From Acidobacteriota bacterium (GTDB taxonomy: Bacteria; Acidobacteriota; Polarisedimenticolia; J045), in contig JAUZRX010000024.1 in the NCBI GenBank assembly GCA_030949985.1, forward strand, positions 2,526-66,525: 64,000 nucleotides of DNA, read 5' to 3'. Under the pieces are notes generated by a model. That model did not search any database, was not told where the DNA came from, and saw nothing but the letters and a program-made list of their open reading frames with translations. The position numbers and the translations under genes were made by a program. Shown here piece after piece: positions 40,617 to 50,451 of this stretch. Every line of letters starts with the position of its first letter. Positions within the stretch are counted from its first letter, which is position 1.

Positions 40617-41890
40617 GCGTGGCCGCTTCGGCCGCCCGCGCCGCCAGGACGCGATCCGTCTATGCGCCCTTCGTGGCCGGGCGTTTCCTGCGTACGCGTC
40701 GCCAGGGCTTCGTCTCGCTGATCGGGCTGCTGTCGGCACTGGGTTTCATGGTCGGGGTGGCCTCCCTGATCGTGGCCCTGGCGCTGATCACCGGTTTTCA
40801 GGAAGCGATGATCAGTCGAATACTGGCGGCCAACGCCCAGCTCCTGGTCTTTCCGGCTCCGGGGAGGGGGGCGATCGAAAATGCCGGGCAGGTGATCACC
40901 GAGCTGAAGGCGGTGCCGGGGGTGGTGGACGCCGCTCCCGTGGTCAGCACCAAGGGGTTGATCATGGCGGCCGGCCGGCGATTGCGGTGGGTGACCATCA
41001 ACGGGATCGATCCCGGGCCGGGTCTGCGCGTGACCGATATGGAGCAGACCATGGTGGAGGGGTCGTTCCACGACCTGGGCAGCGAGGCGGAAGATCTGCG
41101 GCCGCCGCTGATCCTGGGAGAGGAACTGGCGCTGGAACTGGGGGTGCTGCGCGGAGACCCGGTCACGCTCCTGGTGCCACGGCCCAAGCTGACACCGTGG
41201 GGCGTGAGCCTGCGCCAGTCGGTGTTTCGCGTGGCCGGCTTCTTCCGTACCGACTATTTCGAGTACGACTCCGGCTGGGCCTTCATTTCGCTGCACCAGG
41301 CCCAGCGTATCCTGGGCATGGGCGAGGACGTGAGCTGGATCGCGGCGCGGGTGGAAGACCTGGGCCGACTCGAGGAAATCGAAGCGCGGGCCCAGGAGCG
41401 CCTGGGAGAGGGTTTCCGGGTCGACGATATCCTGCGCCACAACCGGGCCCTGTTCTCGGCGATGAAGCTCGAGAAACTGCTGATGTTCTTCGCCGTGGGC
41501 CTGATCGTGCTGGTCGCGGCCCTGGGCGTGATCAGCACGCTGGTTTTGACGGTCATTCAAAAGGTCAGGGAAATCGGCGTCCTGGCAGCGATGGGGGCGA
41601 CTCCCGGGGGCGTTCTGCGAATCTTCATCCTCCAGGGCCTGAGTACGGGGCTGGTGGGAACCCTGGCCGGGGCCGTCTTGGGGGTGGGCGCGTGCTGGGT
41701 GATCGATCGCTTCAAGTTGATTCCCCTGGATCCGGATGTCTACTACCTGTCCTATGTGGCCTTGAGCGTGCGGCCCCAGGATGTGGCGATCGTGGTCTTC
41801 GTGTCTGTGCTCGTTGCCTTGCTTTCGACGCTCTACCCGGCCTGGCGGGCCGCCTCGCTCGATCCGGTGGAGGCCTTGCGCGGTGAGTGA
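40613..41890 (+). CDS. lolE: Lipoprotein-releasing system permease LolC/LolE (FtsX family)
   Basis: 4 TM, large periplasmic loop, C-terminal FtsX; GTG overlaps upstream stop. Confidence 0.85.
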   Translation: MSVAASAARAARTRSVYAPFVAGRFLRTRRQGFVSLIGLLSALGFMVGVASLIVALALITGFQEAMISRILAANAQLLVFPAPGRGAIENAGQVITELKAVPGVVDAAPVVSTKGLIMAAGRRLRWVTINGIDPGPGLRVTDMEQTMVEGSFHDLGSEAEDLRPPLILGEELALELGVLRGDPVTLLVPRPKLTPWGVSLRQSVFRVAGFFRTDYFEYDSGWAFISLHQAQRILGMGEDVSWIAARVEDLGRLEEIEARAQERLGEGFRVDDILRHNRALFSAMKLEKLLMFFAVGLIVLVAALGVISTLVLTVIQKVREIGVLAAMGATPGGVLRIFILQGLSTGLVGTLAGAVLGVGACWVIDRFKLIPLDPDVYYLSYVALSVRPQDVAIVVFVSVLVALLSTLYPAWRAASLDPVEALRGE

Positions 41891-42599
41891 GGTCCTGGTC
41901 GAGGCCCGTGGTCTGTGCAAGGACTATTGCCGCCGCGGGTTGGCCGCACCTCCCGTGAAAGTGTTGCAAGATTTGGATTTCCGCTTGCTTCAAGGCGAGA
42001 CCGTGGCGATTCAGGGCCAGTCGGGGGTCGGCAAGACGACGCTGTTGAACCTGCTCGGCGGTCTCGACCGGCCGGATTCGGGTATTCTCTTGTTCAGACA
42101 GGAGGAGATACCCTCGGATCCTGCGTCCCGCGCCCGGTGGCGCAGGGGGGCCGTGGGGATCATCTTCCAGTTTCATGGGCTGCTTGGTGAGTTTACAGCG
42201 GCGGAGAATGTGGCTCTCGCCGGCCTCATCCGGGGCTGGCGGCGCGCGGACGCGCTCCGGCGGGCCCGGGATCTGCTCGGGCGGCTGGGCCTGGCTGAAC
42301 GGGCCGAGCACCACCCCGATCAGCTCTCCGGGGGCGAGCAGCAGCGGGTGGCCCTGGCCCGGGCCCTGGTCACCGGGCCTCCGCTCCTGCTGGCCGACGA
42401 GCCCACGGGCAATCTCGACCCCCGGACCGGCGATCGCGTCCTCGACACCCTCTTCCAGTTGCAGCAGGAGTTGGGCTTCTCCCTCGTCGTGGCGACCCAC
42501 TCGGAAAGGCTGGCGCGTCGCTGCCACCGTGCCCTACGTTTGGAACGAGGCCGGCTCGTGGAGATCACCACGTTCGCCGGAAGCGAAGAACCCTCCTGA
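41883..42599 (+). CDS. lolD: Lipoprotein-releasing system ATP-binding protein LolD
   Basis: Walker A GQSGVGKTTLL, signature LSGGEQQRVALARAL, Walker B LLLADEPTGNLD; GTG overlaps lolE stop. Confidence 0.9.
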   Translation: MSEVLVEARGLCKDYCRRGLAAPPVKVLQDLDFRLLQGETVAIQGQSGVGKTTLLNLLGGLDRPDSGILLFRQEEIPSDPASRARWRRGAVGIIFQFHGLLGEFTAAENVALAGLIRGWRRADALRRARDLLGRLGLAERAEHHPDQLSGGEQQRVALARALVTGPPLLLADEPTGNLDPRTGDRVLDTLFQLQQELGFSLVVATHSERLARRCHRALRLERGRLVEITTFAGSEEPS

Positions 42600-42638
42600 C
42601 CCCATGGGACGGCTGGCGTCCCGAGACAAGGTGCGGCG

Positions 42639-45086
42639 ATGATCGAGCAGTTCACCGAGAAGGCGAAGCGTGTCCTCTTCCTGGCCCGTTACGAGGCGAC
42701 CCAGCGGGGCGCCCCCGTGATCGGGACCGAGCACATTCTCGTCGGGCTCCTGCGGGAGGACGACGGCTTGACCCGGGAGCTGTTTCACCGCAGCAACATC
42801 TCGGTGGACCTCCTGCGTGCCGAACTCGAGAGCCAGGAAGGCGCGGTACTCCAGGGCGGCCGGGGGGTCGACATTCCCTTCAGCGAAGAGGCCAAGCGCG
42901 TGCTCGAGTGCGCCCAGGAGGAAGCCCGCGGTCTGATGTCCCCCACGGTGGACGTCGAACACGTTCTGTTGGGCTTGATCCGTGTGGACGACGCTCCCGC
43001 CGGCCGCATTCTCGGCGAGCGGGGCATGCGGCTCTACACCGTGCGTGAGGACATCATCAACCTGGCCAAGCGCCTGGCATCGACGAGCGCCGAAAAGAAC
43101 GGTGCAGCGGAAGGGAAGAAGAAGGAGACCCCCTTCCTCGACGAGTTCAGTCGGGACATGACGCGTATCGCCGCCGAAGGCGGTTTCGATCCCCTGATCG
43201 GGCGCGAGGTCGAGCTCGACCGCGTGATTCAGGTCCTCTCCCGCCGCCGGAAGAACAACCCGGTACTGCTCGGTGAGCCGGGGGTCGGCAAGACCGCCAT
43301 CGTCGAGGGACTGGCCGGCCGCGTGGCCGACGGGTCGGTTCCCCCCTCGCTGACCGGTCGCCGGATCCTCGCGCTGGACCTGTCCCTGGTCGTCGCGGGA
43401 ACCAAGTACCGCGGTCAGTTCGAAGAGCGCCTGAAGGGCATCATCCAGGAACTGGTCAATGCGCGGGACGTGATTCTCTTCATCGACGAGATCCATTCGC
43501 TGATCGGCGCCGGTTCCGCGGAAGGTTCTCTCGACGCTGCCAACATCCTCAAGCCCGCCCTTTCCCGGGGTGAGGTGCAGTGCATCGGATCGACGACTCC
43601 CCGCGACTACCACAAGCATATCGAGCGGGATCGTGCCCTTGTGCGCCGCTTCCAGCCGATCAAGATCCAGCCGCCTACCGAGGAACAGACGATCGAGGTG
43701 CTCGAGGGCATCAAGGAGCGTTACGAGCGCTTCCACGGTGTGAGCTACACCGAGGAATCGATTCGCGCGGCGGTTTTCCAGTCCAATCGCTACATCACCG
43801 ACCGCTTTCTGCCCGACAAGGCGATCGACGTCATCGACGAGGCCGGTGCCTGGGTCAAGTTGCGCAAGCGGACTTCCTACCGGGCCTTGCGGGACGTGGA
43901 GCGAAAGATCAAGGACGCGGTGGAGGGTATGAAGGCGGCTCTCTCCCGGAAGGACTTCGACGAGGCGGTGACCTGGCATGACAAGGAGGTCACCCTTCGT
44001 GAAGAGGCCGAGGCGTTGCGCCGCAAGGCCGAGCAGGAAGCGAAGACCGTCATCGACGTGGTGCGTAGCGACGTGGAGGAAGTCATCTCCAAGTGGACGG
44101 GTGTTCCCATTACGCGAGTCGCCGAGAAGGAGATGGAGCGCCTGCTCAAGATGGAAGACCACCTGCACGAGCGTGTCGTGGGGCAGCACGAGGCCATCGA
44201 GGCGCTGTCCCGGGCCATTCGGCGTTCGCGGGCGGGCATCAAGAGCCCCAACCGACCTGTCGGTTCTTTCATCTTCCTCGGACCGACCGGTGTGGGAAAG
44301 ACCGAGTTGGCCAAGAGCCTGGCCCAGTTCCTCTTCGACAACGAGCGGGCGATGGTTCGTTTCGACATGTCGGAGTACATGGAAAAGCACTCCGTGGCCA
44401 AGATGATCGGCTCCCCTCCGGGATACGTGGGGCACGAAGAGGGCGGGCAGCTGACCGAGCGGATCAAGCGCCAGCCCTATTCGGTGTTGCTGCTCGACGA
44501 GATTGAAAAAGCGCACCCCGACATCCTCAACTTGCTGTTGCAGGTTCTCGATGACGGGCAGGTCACCGACTCCTACGGCGACCTGGTCGATTTCAAGAAC
44601 ACGATCATCATCATGACTTCCAACCTGGGTTCGGCCGCGCTGGTCAACAAGAGCCGACTCGGTTTCAGCTCCGGCGAGGAAAGCCAGGAGCGTAAGGGCC
44701 GGAACGAGATGGTGATGAGCGAACTGCGGCGTGCCCTGCCCCCGGAGTTCATCAATCGTATCGATGAGATCATCGTCTTCGATCCCCTCTCCGACGAGGA
44801 GTTGCTCGAGATCTCGAAGTTGATGGTGGGCCAGCTCAATCGCACCCTCGCCGACAAGGGCATTCGCCTCGCTCCGAGGGAGGAGGTCTACCAGTGGTTG
44901 GTGCGCACGACCTGCGCCGACCGCTCCTATGGCGCCCGACCCTTGCGCCGGGCCATCCAGCGCGCGTTCGAGGACGCCATCTCCGAGAAGGTGATCCAGG
45001 GAGACCTGGTGGGGATGGGCGAGATCGAGGTGCTGCTCGGGGATGACGACACCCTGGAGTTCCGCAACGTCATGGCCACCGCGTAG
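42639..45086 (+). CDS. clpC: ATP-dependent Clp protease ATP-binding subunit ClpC/ClpA family
   Basis: 815 aa; two Clp_N repeats, AAA-1 [18 protein letters not shown]-2 [15 protein letters not shown], ClpB_D2-small. Confidence 0.9.
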   Translation: MIEQFTEKAKRVLFLARYEATQRGAPVIGTEHILVGLLREDDGLTRELFHRSNISVDLLRAELESQEGAVLQGGRGVDIPFSEEAKRVLECAQEEARGLMSPTVDVEHVLLGLIRVDDAPAGRILGERGMRLYTVREDIINLAKRLASTSAEKNGAAEGKKKETPFLDEFSRDMTRIAAEGGFDPLIGREVELDRVIQVLSRRRKNNPVLLGEPGVGKTAIVEGLAGRVADGSVPPSLTGRRILALDLSLVVAGTKYRGQFEERLKGIIQELVNARDVILFIDEIHSLIGAGSAEGSLDAANILKPALSRGEVQCIGSTTPRDYHKHIERDRALVRRFQPIKIQPPTEEQTIEVLEGIKERYERFHGVSYTEESIRAAVFQSNRYITDRFLPDKAIDVIDEAGAWVKLRKRTSYRALRDVERKIKDAVEGMKAALSRKDFDEAVTWHDKEVTLREEAEALRRKAEQEAKTVIDVVRSDVEEVISKWTGVPITRVAEKEMERLLKMEDHLHERVVGQHEAIEALSRAIRRSRAGIKSPNRPVGSFIFLGPTGVGKTELAKSLAQFLFDNERAMVRFDMSEYMEKHSVAKMIGSPPGYVGHEEGGQLTERIKRQPYSVLLLDEIEKAHPDILNLLLQVLDDGQVTDSYGDLVDFKNTIIIMTSNLGSAALVNKSRLGFSSGEESQERKGRNEMVMSELRRALPPEFINRIDEIIVFDPLSDEELLEISKLMVGQLNRTLADKGIRLAPREEVYQWLVRTTCADRSYGARPLRRAIQRAFEDAISEKVIQGDLVGMGEIEVLLGDDDTLEFRNVMATA

Positions 45087-45123
45087 GCGGCCCGCGGAGA
45101 TCCCAACGCGGAGTCGAGCCCGT

Positions 45124-45149
45124 CCTTCCCGGCCACCCGGGCGGGAAGG
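45124..45149 (+). terminator. GC hairpin (CCTTCCCG...CGGGAAGG) ~40 nt after clpC stop; no U-tract
   Basis: Seen in sequence. Confidence 0.3.
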
Positions 45150-45375
45150 GGCGGCAGGTGCGCCGCCGGAGCGGGTTCCCGCCTCCGCGTGAGCCGATCG
45201 CCGCGGGGCCGGCTCCCGGCCCGCCCCGCGGGTCGCGGTCACGACGAAAGGCCCCGGGCGCGGCAGCCGGGGGCGATTCGCGTTAGAATGCGGGCGTTTC
45301 ACCATTTTCCCCTCGTTTTCGTCTGCGTGGATGCAGCACTCCTTGCGCTACCTGGTGCAGGAAAAGGAGATACCG

Positions 45376-45909
45376 ATGATGGTGCGACGTCTGTCGATGG
45401 CCCTGATTCTGCTGGCCCTGCTGGGTTTCGGCGTTCACTCGGCGGAGGCCCAGACCCTTCGTATCGGCGTGTTCGACGCCCAGCGTGTGTTCAACGAAAC
45501 CGCTGAAGGCGCCAAGATCCAGGCCCGGCTCAACGCCCTTCAGACGGAGAAGCAGGACGAGCTGGAGCGTGTCCAGCAGGAACTGAGGGCGATGCAGCAG
45601 AACATGGTGGCGACGGCGGCCAGCGTGAGCAACGACAAGCTGCGGGAGTTGCGCCTGAAGATCGACCGCAAGACCATCGAGCTCGAGAGCCTGCAAAAGT
45701 CCGCCACGCGCGAGTTCCAGCTTGCGGTGGAGCAGGCCCAGGCCGATTGGCAGGCGCGGCTGGAGGGGCTGGTCAGGAAGTACGGCAGGGAAAAGGGCTA
45801 TACCCTGATCCTTCCGATCGGCGTGGTCATCTACCATGCCGACACGACCGACATCACCGAAGACCTGATCAAGATCGTCGATGGGTCGGGAGCCGACTCG
45901 GCGTCATGA
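45376..45909 (+). CDS. skp: OmpH/Skp periplasmic chaperone
   Basis: Signal peptide MMVRRLSMALILLALLGFGVHSAEA, coiled-coil body, IGVFDAQRV; precedes lpxD as in many Gram-negatives. Confidence 0.75.
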   Translation: MMVRRLSMALILLALLGFGVHSAEAQTLRIGVFDAQRVFNETAEGAKIQARLNALQTEKQDELERVQQELRAMQQNMVATAASVSNDKLRELRLKIDRKTIELESLQKSATREFQLAVEQAQADWQARLEGLVRKYGREKGYTLILPIGVVIYHADTTDITEDLIKIVDGSGADSAS

Positions 45910-46949
45910 GACCGCGCGGCCGGGAGCGGTGGACCCTCGGCCGCCTGGCCGGGGCCCTCGGCAGGTCATGGCGGGGTGACCCGGACCGTGTCATCACGGG
46001 GGTCGCCGATCTGGCCGGCGCCGGCGAGCAGGACCTGGCGGCGGTCTACGATCCGCGGCTGAGCGATCGACTGCCCGGCTCGATGGCCGCGGCGGTGATC
46101 GTGCCAGACGATGGGACGTCAGGGTCGGGGAACCTGATCCTCTCTCCCTGCCCCAAGGCTGACTTCGCGCGCGCGGTGGAGCTGATCCGACCGGCGGCGG
46201 CGTTGATGCCGGGCATCCACCCTTCGGCGGTGGTGCATCCCGCGGCCCGGATCGCTGAAGACGTGGAGATCGGGCCGCTGGTCGTGGTCGCCGCCGGCTG
46301 CCGGGTGGGCTCCGGCTGCCGGCTGGGGGCCGGCGTGGTGCTCCTCGAGAACGTGGAACTGGGGGCCCGGGTCGAGTTGCACCCGCGGGTCGTGGTTTAT
46401 CCCGGTACCGTCATCGGTGATGATGCTCTGGTTCTCGCCGGGGCGGTGCTGGGCGCACCGGGATTCGGCCAGGCTCACGACGAGCAGGGGCGTGCCGTCC
46501 GTGTGCCCCACCTGGGTCGCGTCGTGGTGGGGGCCGGTGCCGAGGTCGGTGCGAACGCCACCATCGATCGCGCGGTGTTCGGCCGGACGGTGATCGGCGC
46601 GCGGGCCAAGCTGGACAACCTGGTCCAGGTCGGTCACAACGCCGAGGTCGGCGAAGACGCCATGATCGCCGCCCAGTCGGGACTCTCGGGCAGCAGCCGG
46701 CTGGGGCGAGGGGTCCGGGTCGGTGGACAGTCGGGTCTGGCCGACCATGTGGAAGTCGCGGAGGGGGCCGCCGTTGCGGCGAAGACCGCGGTTTTCCACT
46801 CCGTGGGCCGGGGCGAGGTCGTGGCGGGCATACCGGCGCGTCCCATCGCGGCCTGGCGGCGGATGATGGCGGTCCAGGCCCGCCTGCCGGAGCTCTGGGC
46901 CAGGGTGCGCCGCCTGGTCGAGGCGCGGCCGCCGGGAAAGGAAACTTGA
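45906..46949 (+). CDS. lpxD: UDP-3-O-(3-hydroxyacyl)glucosamine N-acyltransferase
   Basis: Left-handed beta-helix hexapeptide repeats, N-terminal LpxD domain; ATG overlaps skp stop (ATGA). Confidence 0.9.
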   Translation: MRPRGRERWTLGRLAGALGRSWRGDPDRVITGVADLAGAGEQDLAAVYDPRLSDRLPGSMAAAVIVPDDGTSGSGNLILSPCPKADFARAVELIRPAAALMPGIHPSAVVHPAARIAEDVEIGPLVVVAAGCRVGSGCRLGAGVVLLENVELGARVELHPRVVVYPGTVIGDDALVLAGAVLGAPGFGQAHDEQGRAVRVPHLGRVVVGAGAEVGANATIDRAVFGRTVIGARAKLDNLVQVGHNAEVGEDAMIAAQSGLSGSSRLGRGVRVGGQSGLADHVEVAEGAAVAAKTAVFHSVGRGEVVAGIPARPIAAWRRMMAVQARLPELWARVRRLVEARPPGKET

Positions 46950-46972
46950 GCCCCGCGGGGCGGGCTACTTCC

Positions 46973-47443
46973 ATGGGAGGTCTCGTGAGCGAGCCGGACA
47001 CCTTGGACATTGGCAGAATCCTCGAACTTCTGCCCCATCGTTATCCCTTTTTGCTGATCGACCGTGTCGAGCAGGTCGAGCGCCGCCAGAGGGCGGTGGG
47101 TATCAAGAACGTGACCATCGGGGAGCCCTTTTTTCAGGGGCATTTTCCCGGCGCGCCCGTCATGCCGGGAGTGCTGATCGTCGAGGCCCTGGCCCAGACG
47201 GCCGGGGCGCTGATCATGCTCGAACTCGAGGATCCGACCCGGCAGCTGCTGCTCTTCAGCGGTATCGACGAGTGTCGCTTCCGGCGTCCGGTGGTGCCCG
47301 GCGATCGGCTGGAGTTGGAAGTCGTCGTCCAGCGCCTCCGGCCCCGGATGGCCAAGGTCAAGGGGGTGGCTCGAGTCGGTGGGGAGACGGCGGCGGAAGC
47401 GATGCTCCTGTGTGCCATGATCCCGCGGGAGAAGGCTCCGTGA
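46973..47443 (+). CDS. fabZ: 3-hydroxyacyl-ACP dehydratase FabZ
   Basis: LPHRYPFLLIDRV...GHFPGAPVMPGVLIVEALAQ hot-dog fold. Confidence 0.9.
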   Translation: MGGLVSEPDTLDIGRILELLPHRYPFLLIDRVEQVERRQRAVGIKNVTIGEPFFQGHFPGAPVMPGVLIVEALAQTAGALIMLELEDPTRQLLLFSGIDECRFRRPVVPGDRLELEVVVQRLRPRMAKVKGVARVGGETAAEAMLLCAMIPREKAP

Positions 47444-48249
47444 TCGACTGGCTCCAGGGCATCCACCCTTCGGCGGTGGTGCATCCCGACGCTCGACTGG
47501 CGGAGGGGGTCTCCGTCGGCCCCTTCAGCGTGATCGGTCCCCAGGTGGAGATCGGCCGTGGGAGCTGGATCGGCCCCCATGTGACCATCGATGGCCAGGT
47601 TCGTCTCGGTGAGGACAATCGCGTCTTTCCCGGTACGACCATCGGTTTCGCGCCGCAGGACCTGAAATACGCCGGGGAACCGACCCGGGTGGAGATCGGC
47701 GACCGCAACGTCTTCCGGGAGGGCTGCCAGGTGCACCGGGGCACGGTGGGCGGTGGCGGACTGACCCGGATCGGCAACGACAGCTTCTTCATGGTTCTCT
47801 CTCACGTGGCCCACGATTGCCGTATCGGTGACCACGTGATCTTCGCCAACGCCGGGACCCTGGCCGGTCACGTGGAGGTGGGCGATTACGCGACGATCGG
47901 TGCCTACACCGGTGTGCATCAGTTCTGTCGTATCGGGCCCCACGCTTTCATCGGGGGCTACTCGGTCATCACCCGGGACGCGCTGCCCTACTGCCTGACC
48001 GTGGGCAATCGGGCGCTGTGCTATGGGATCAACCGAGTGGGCCTCAAGCGCAAGGGTTTCGCACGGGAGGCGATTTCGGCCCTCGAAAGAGCGACGAGGA
48101 AGATCTTTCGCCCCGAGACGCGGCGCGAGCACGCGCTGGCCGAGGTGGAGGAGGCATTCGGCGACGTCGCGGAAGTGCGCCAAGTGGTCGAGTTCATCCG
48201 TTCGAGTCGTCGCGGTGTGATTCCGATTCGCCTGGGACAGAGCCCATGA
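47440..48249 (+). CDS. lpxA: Acyl-ACP--UDP-N-acetylglucosamine O-acyltransferase
   Basis: IHPSAVVHPDARLAEGVSVGPFSVIGPQVEIG hexapeptide repeats plus LpxA C-terminal helical domain; GTG overlaps fabZ stop. Confidence 0.9.
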   Translation: MIDWLQGIHPSAVVHPDARLAEGVSVGPFSVIGPQVEIGRGSWIGPHVTIDGQVRLGEDNRVFPGTTIGFAPQDLKYAGEPTRVEIGDRNVFREGCQVHRGTVGGGGLTRIGNDSFFMVLSHVAHDCRIGDHVIFANAGTLAGHVEVGDYATIGAYTGVHQFCRIGPHAFIGGYSVITRDALPYCLTVGNRALCYGINRVGLKRKGFAREAISALERATRKIFRPETRREHALAEVEEAFGDVAEVRQVVEFIRSSRRGVIPIRLGQSP

Positions 48250-49220
48250 GTGTTTCCTTGCGTGCAGGTGTCGTGGGTGTGGGGTCGCTGGGCCAACACC
48301 ATGCGCGGATCTATGGCGAGATTCCAGGTGTTCGCCTGGTGGGCATCGTCGACAGCGATCCGCGGCGGGCCGGGGAGATTGCGGCACGCCACGGCTGCCG
48401 CGTCTTTCCCGACGCGGCGAGCCTGGCCGCCGAGGTCGATCTGGCCTCCGTCGCCACACCGACCACCGCGCACCAGCCGGTGGCGGAGGTTCTGCTGGCG
48501 GCGGGGGTTGCGACCCTGGTGGAAAAGCCCCTCGCCGGTGACATCGCGGAGGGACGGTCCCTGGTCGCCCTGGCGCGTCGGCAGGGCGTGCCGCTGATGG
48601 TGGGGCATACCGAGCGCTTCAACCCCGCCGTCTCGGCCCTGCTCGGGCAGACCCGCGACCCGCGTTTCATCGAGATTCATCGCCTGGCGCCTTTCGTGCC
48701 CCGCAGCCTGGACGTGGACGTGATTCTCGACCTGATGATTCACGACCTCGACCTGTGCCGCGTTCTGCTTTCCCGGGCCGAGGTGCAGAGCTTCGATGCG
48801 AGCGGAACGGCCGCTCTCACCGAGCGCATCGACATCGCATCGGTACGCCTCCGCTTCGCCGACGGGGCGGCCGCCAACCTGACGGCCTCCCGCATCAGCC
48901 AGGAACGGATTCGCCGGGTCCGGGTCTTCGAGATCGGGGCTTTTCACGCCTGCGACACCGTCAACGGAACGGCGAGCACCTTCCGCGTGCAGCGCGAAGC
49001 GGACGCTCCCCCCCGCATCGTCGGCGAAGAACTGACCCTGCCCCCCGGGGAACCGCTGGGCCGGGAACTGGCGGCCTTCTGCCAGGCGGTGGCCGCCGGT
49101 GACCGGGTACCGGTGCCGGGGGAGGACGGCCTGGCGGCCCTCGAACTGGCCCTCGAGATCCGCGACGACATCGAAAGCCAGCTTCGCCGATACCAGCCAG
49201 GTGGGAACTCGGGCCGATGA
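48246..49220 (+). CDS. Gfo/Idh/MocA-family NAD(P)-dependent oxidoreductase (possible GnnA-like UDP-GlcNAc 3-dehydrogenase)
   Basis: Rossmann GVVGVGSLGQHHARIY, EKPLA motif; ATG overlaps lpxA stop. Confidence 0.75.
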   Translation: MSVSLRAGVVGVGSLGQHHARIYGEIPGVRLVGIVDSDPRRAGEIAARHGCRVFPDAASLAAEVDLASVATPTTAHQPVAEVLLAAGVATLVEKPLAGDIAEGRSLVALARRQGVPLMVGHTERFNPAVSALLGQTRDPRFIEIHRLAPFVPRSLDVDVILDLMIHDLDLCRVLLSRAEVQSFDASGTAALTERIDIASVRLRFADGAAANLTASRISQERIRRVRVFEIGAFHACDTVNGTASTFRVQREADAPPRIVGEELTLPPGEPLGRELAAFCQAVAAGDRVPVPGEDGLAALELALEIRDDIESQLRRYQPGGNSGR

Positions 49221-49296
49221 GCGCTGGGGGGAGCCGGAGGGGCGTCGACCGGCATCCCGCGACCGCCGCGTGTGGCAGATTCGGAGATCGTGCAGG

Positions 49297-50451
49297 ATGA
49301 TGGGCTCGATGGCTTCCTGCCCTGCGTGCGGGCCGGACCGCCCCAGCCCTCCGGTCCACGACTATCTCGAGCGGAAGGTTGCCGCCGGCGCCTTTCCATC
49401 TGCGGTCTATGCTTTTGGCCCCGCCGGCCGGAGTCCGGCCTTCCTGGGGGCGGTGGGCTCGATGGCGCGGGAGCCCGAGTCCGTCGCTGCACGCCCGGAC
49501 GCGCTCTATGACCTGGCCAGCTTGACCAAGGGCGTGTTGACGGCAGTGGTCGCCGCCCGTCTTGCGGACCGCGGCGAGGTGGATCTCGATCAGCCCCTCG
49601 ACCCGTGGCTCGACGAGATGACGGGCTACGGCGGGGCGACGCCCACCCTGGCTTCCCTCCTCACTCACGACGCGGGCCTTCCAGCGTGGGTGCCTCTCTA
49701 CAGGGCGCCGGCCGGAGCTGCGGAGGTGGCGGCTACCATCGCGGCGCTGCCGCCGGACCGGCCTGCCGGGAGTGGAGCGCTCTATTCCTGCCTCGGCCCC
49801 ATCCTGGCGCTGGTGGCCCTGTGTCGGGCCACCGGGAAGGATGCCGCTCGCCTGCTGGACGAGGAGATTCGCCGCCCGCTGGGTCTCGACGCCGACGAGA
49901 TCGCCTTTTCTCCGCTACCCGGCGCGCTCATCGACCGCGTGGCTCCCACCGAGCGGGGACGGCTGCGGGAGGCGGCACTCGCCGGTCCCGGCTGCCGCAG
50001 CGATGAACTCGTCCCCGGACCTCGGAAGGTGCTCCGGGGCCAGGTACACGATGGGAACGCGGCCTTTCTGGGAGGAGCTGCGGGCAATGCCGGCCTGTTC
50101 TCCACTGCCAGCGCCCTGTTTCGCCTGGCCTCCGCCCTTGGCTGGTCCAGTGATTTCCTCTCCGCCGCCGCCCGGCGCCGCCTGGCCGAGCCTGCCGCGA
50201 GCGGGCCGGGCGGCGTGCGGACCCTGGGCTTCGAAGCGGCGTGTGGGGAGGACGGTCCCGGAGCGCCCCTGGGGGAAGACGCTTTCGGCCACGTGGGGTT
50301 CACCGGCACCTCGGTGTGGCTCGCCCCGGCTGCCGGTTGGGTGGTCGTGTTGCTGACCAATCGCGTGCATCCCGCCTGGGTCGAAGCGCCCATGCAGCGG
50401 TGGCGACACGAGTTTCACCAGCTTTGCCGTACCGCACTGGAGTCCTCGTGA
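49297..50451 (+). CDS. Beta-lactamase-related serine hydrolase
   Basis: S-x-x-K motif ASLTKG, C-terminal HVGFTGTSVWLAP; start uncertain (49297 ATG or upstream GTG). Confidence 0.65.
   Translation: MMGSMASCPACGPDRPSPPVHDYLERKVAAGAFPSAVYAFGPAGRSPAFLGAVGSMAREPESVAARPDALYDLASLTKGVLTAVVAARLADRGEVDLDQPLDPWLDEMTGYGGATPTLASLLTHDAGLPAWVPLYRAPAGAAEVAATIAALPPDRPAGSGALYSCLGPILALVALCRATGKDAARLLDEEIRRPLGLDADEIAFSPLPGALIDRVAPTERGRLREAALAGPGCRSDELVPGPRKVLRGQVHDGNAAFLGGAAGNAGLFSTASALFRLASALGWSSDFLSAAARRRLAEPAASGPGGVRTLGFEAACGEDGPGAPLGEDAFGHVGFTGTSVWLAPAAGWVVVLLTNRVHPAWVEAPMQRWRHEFHQLCRTALESS

Noticed and set aside
40568-41920. 450-aa minus-strand ORF
   Set aside because: Antisense to lolE
42534-45305. 923-aa minus-strand ORF
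   Set aside because: Antisense to clpC
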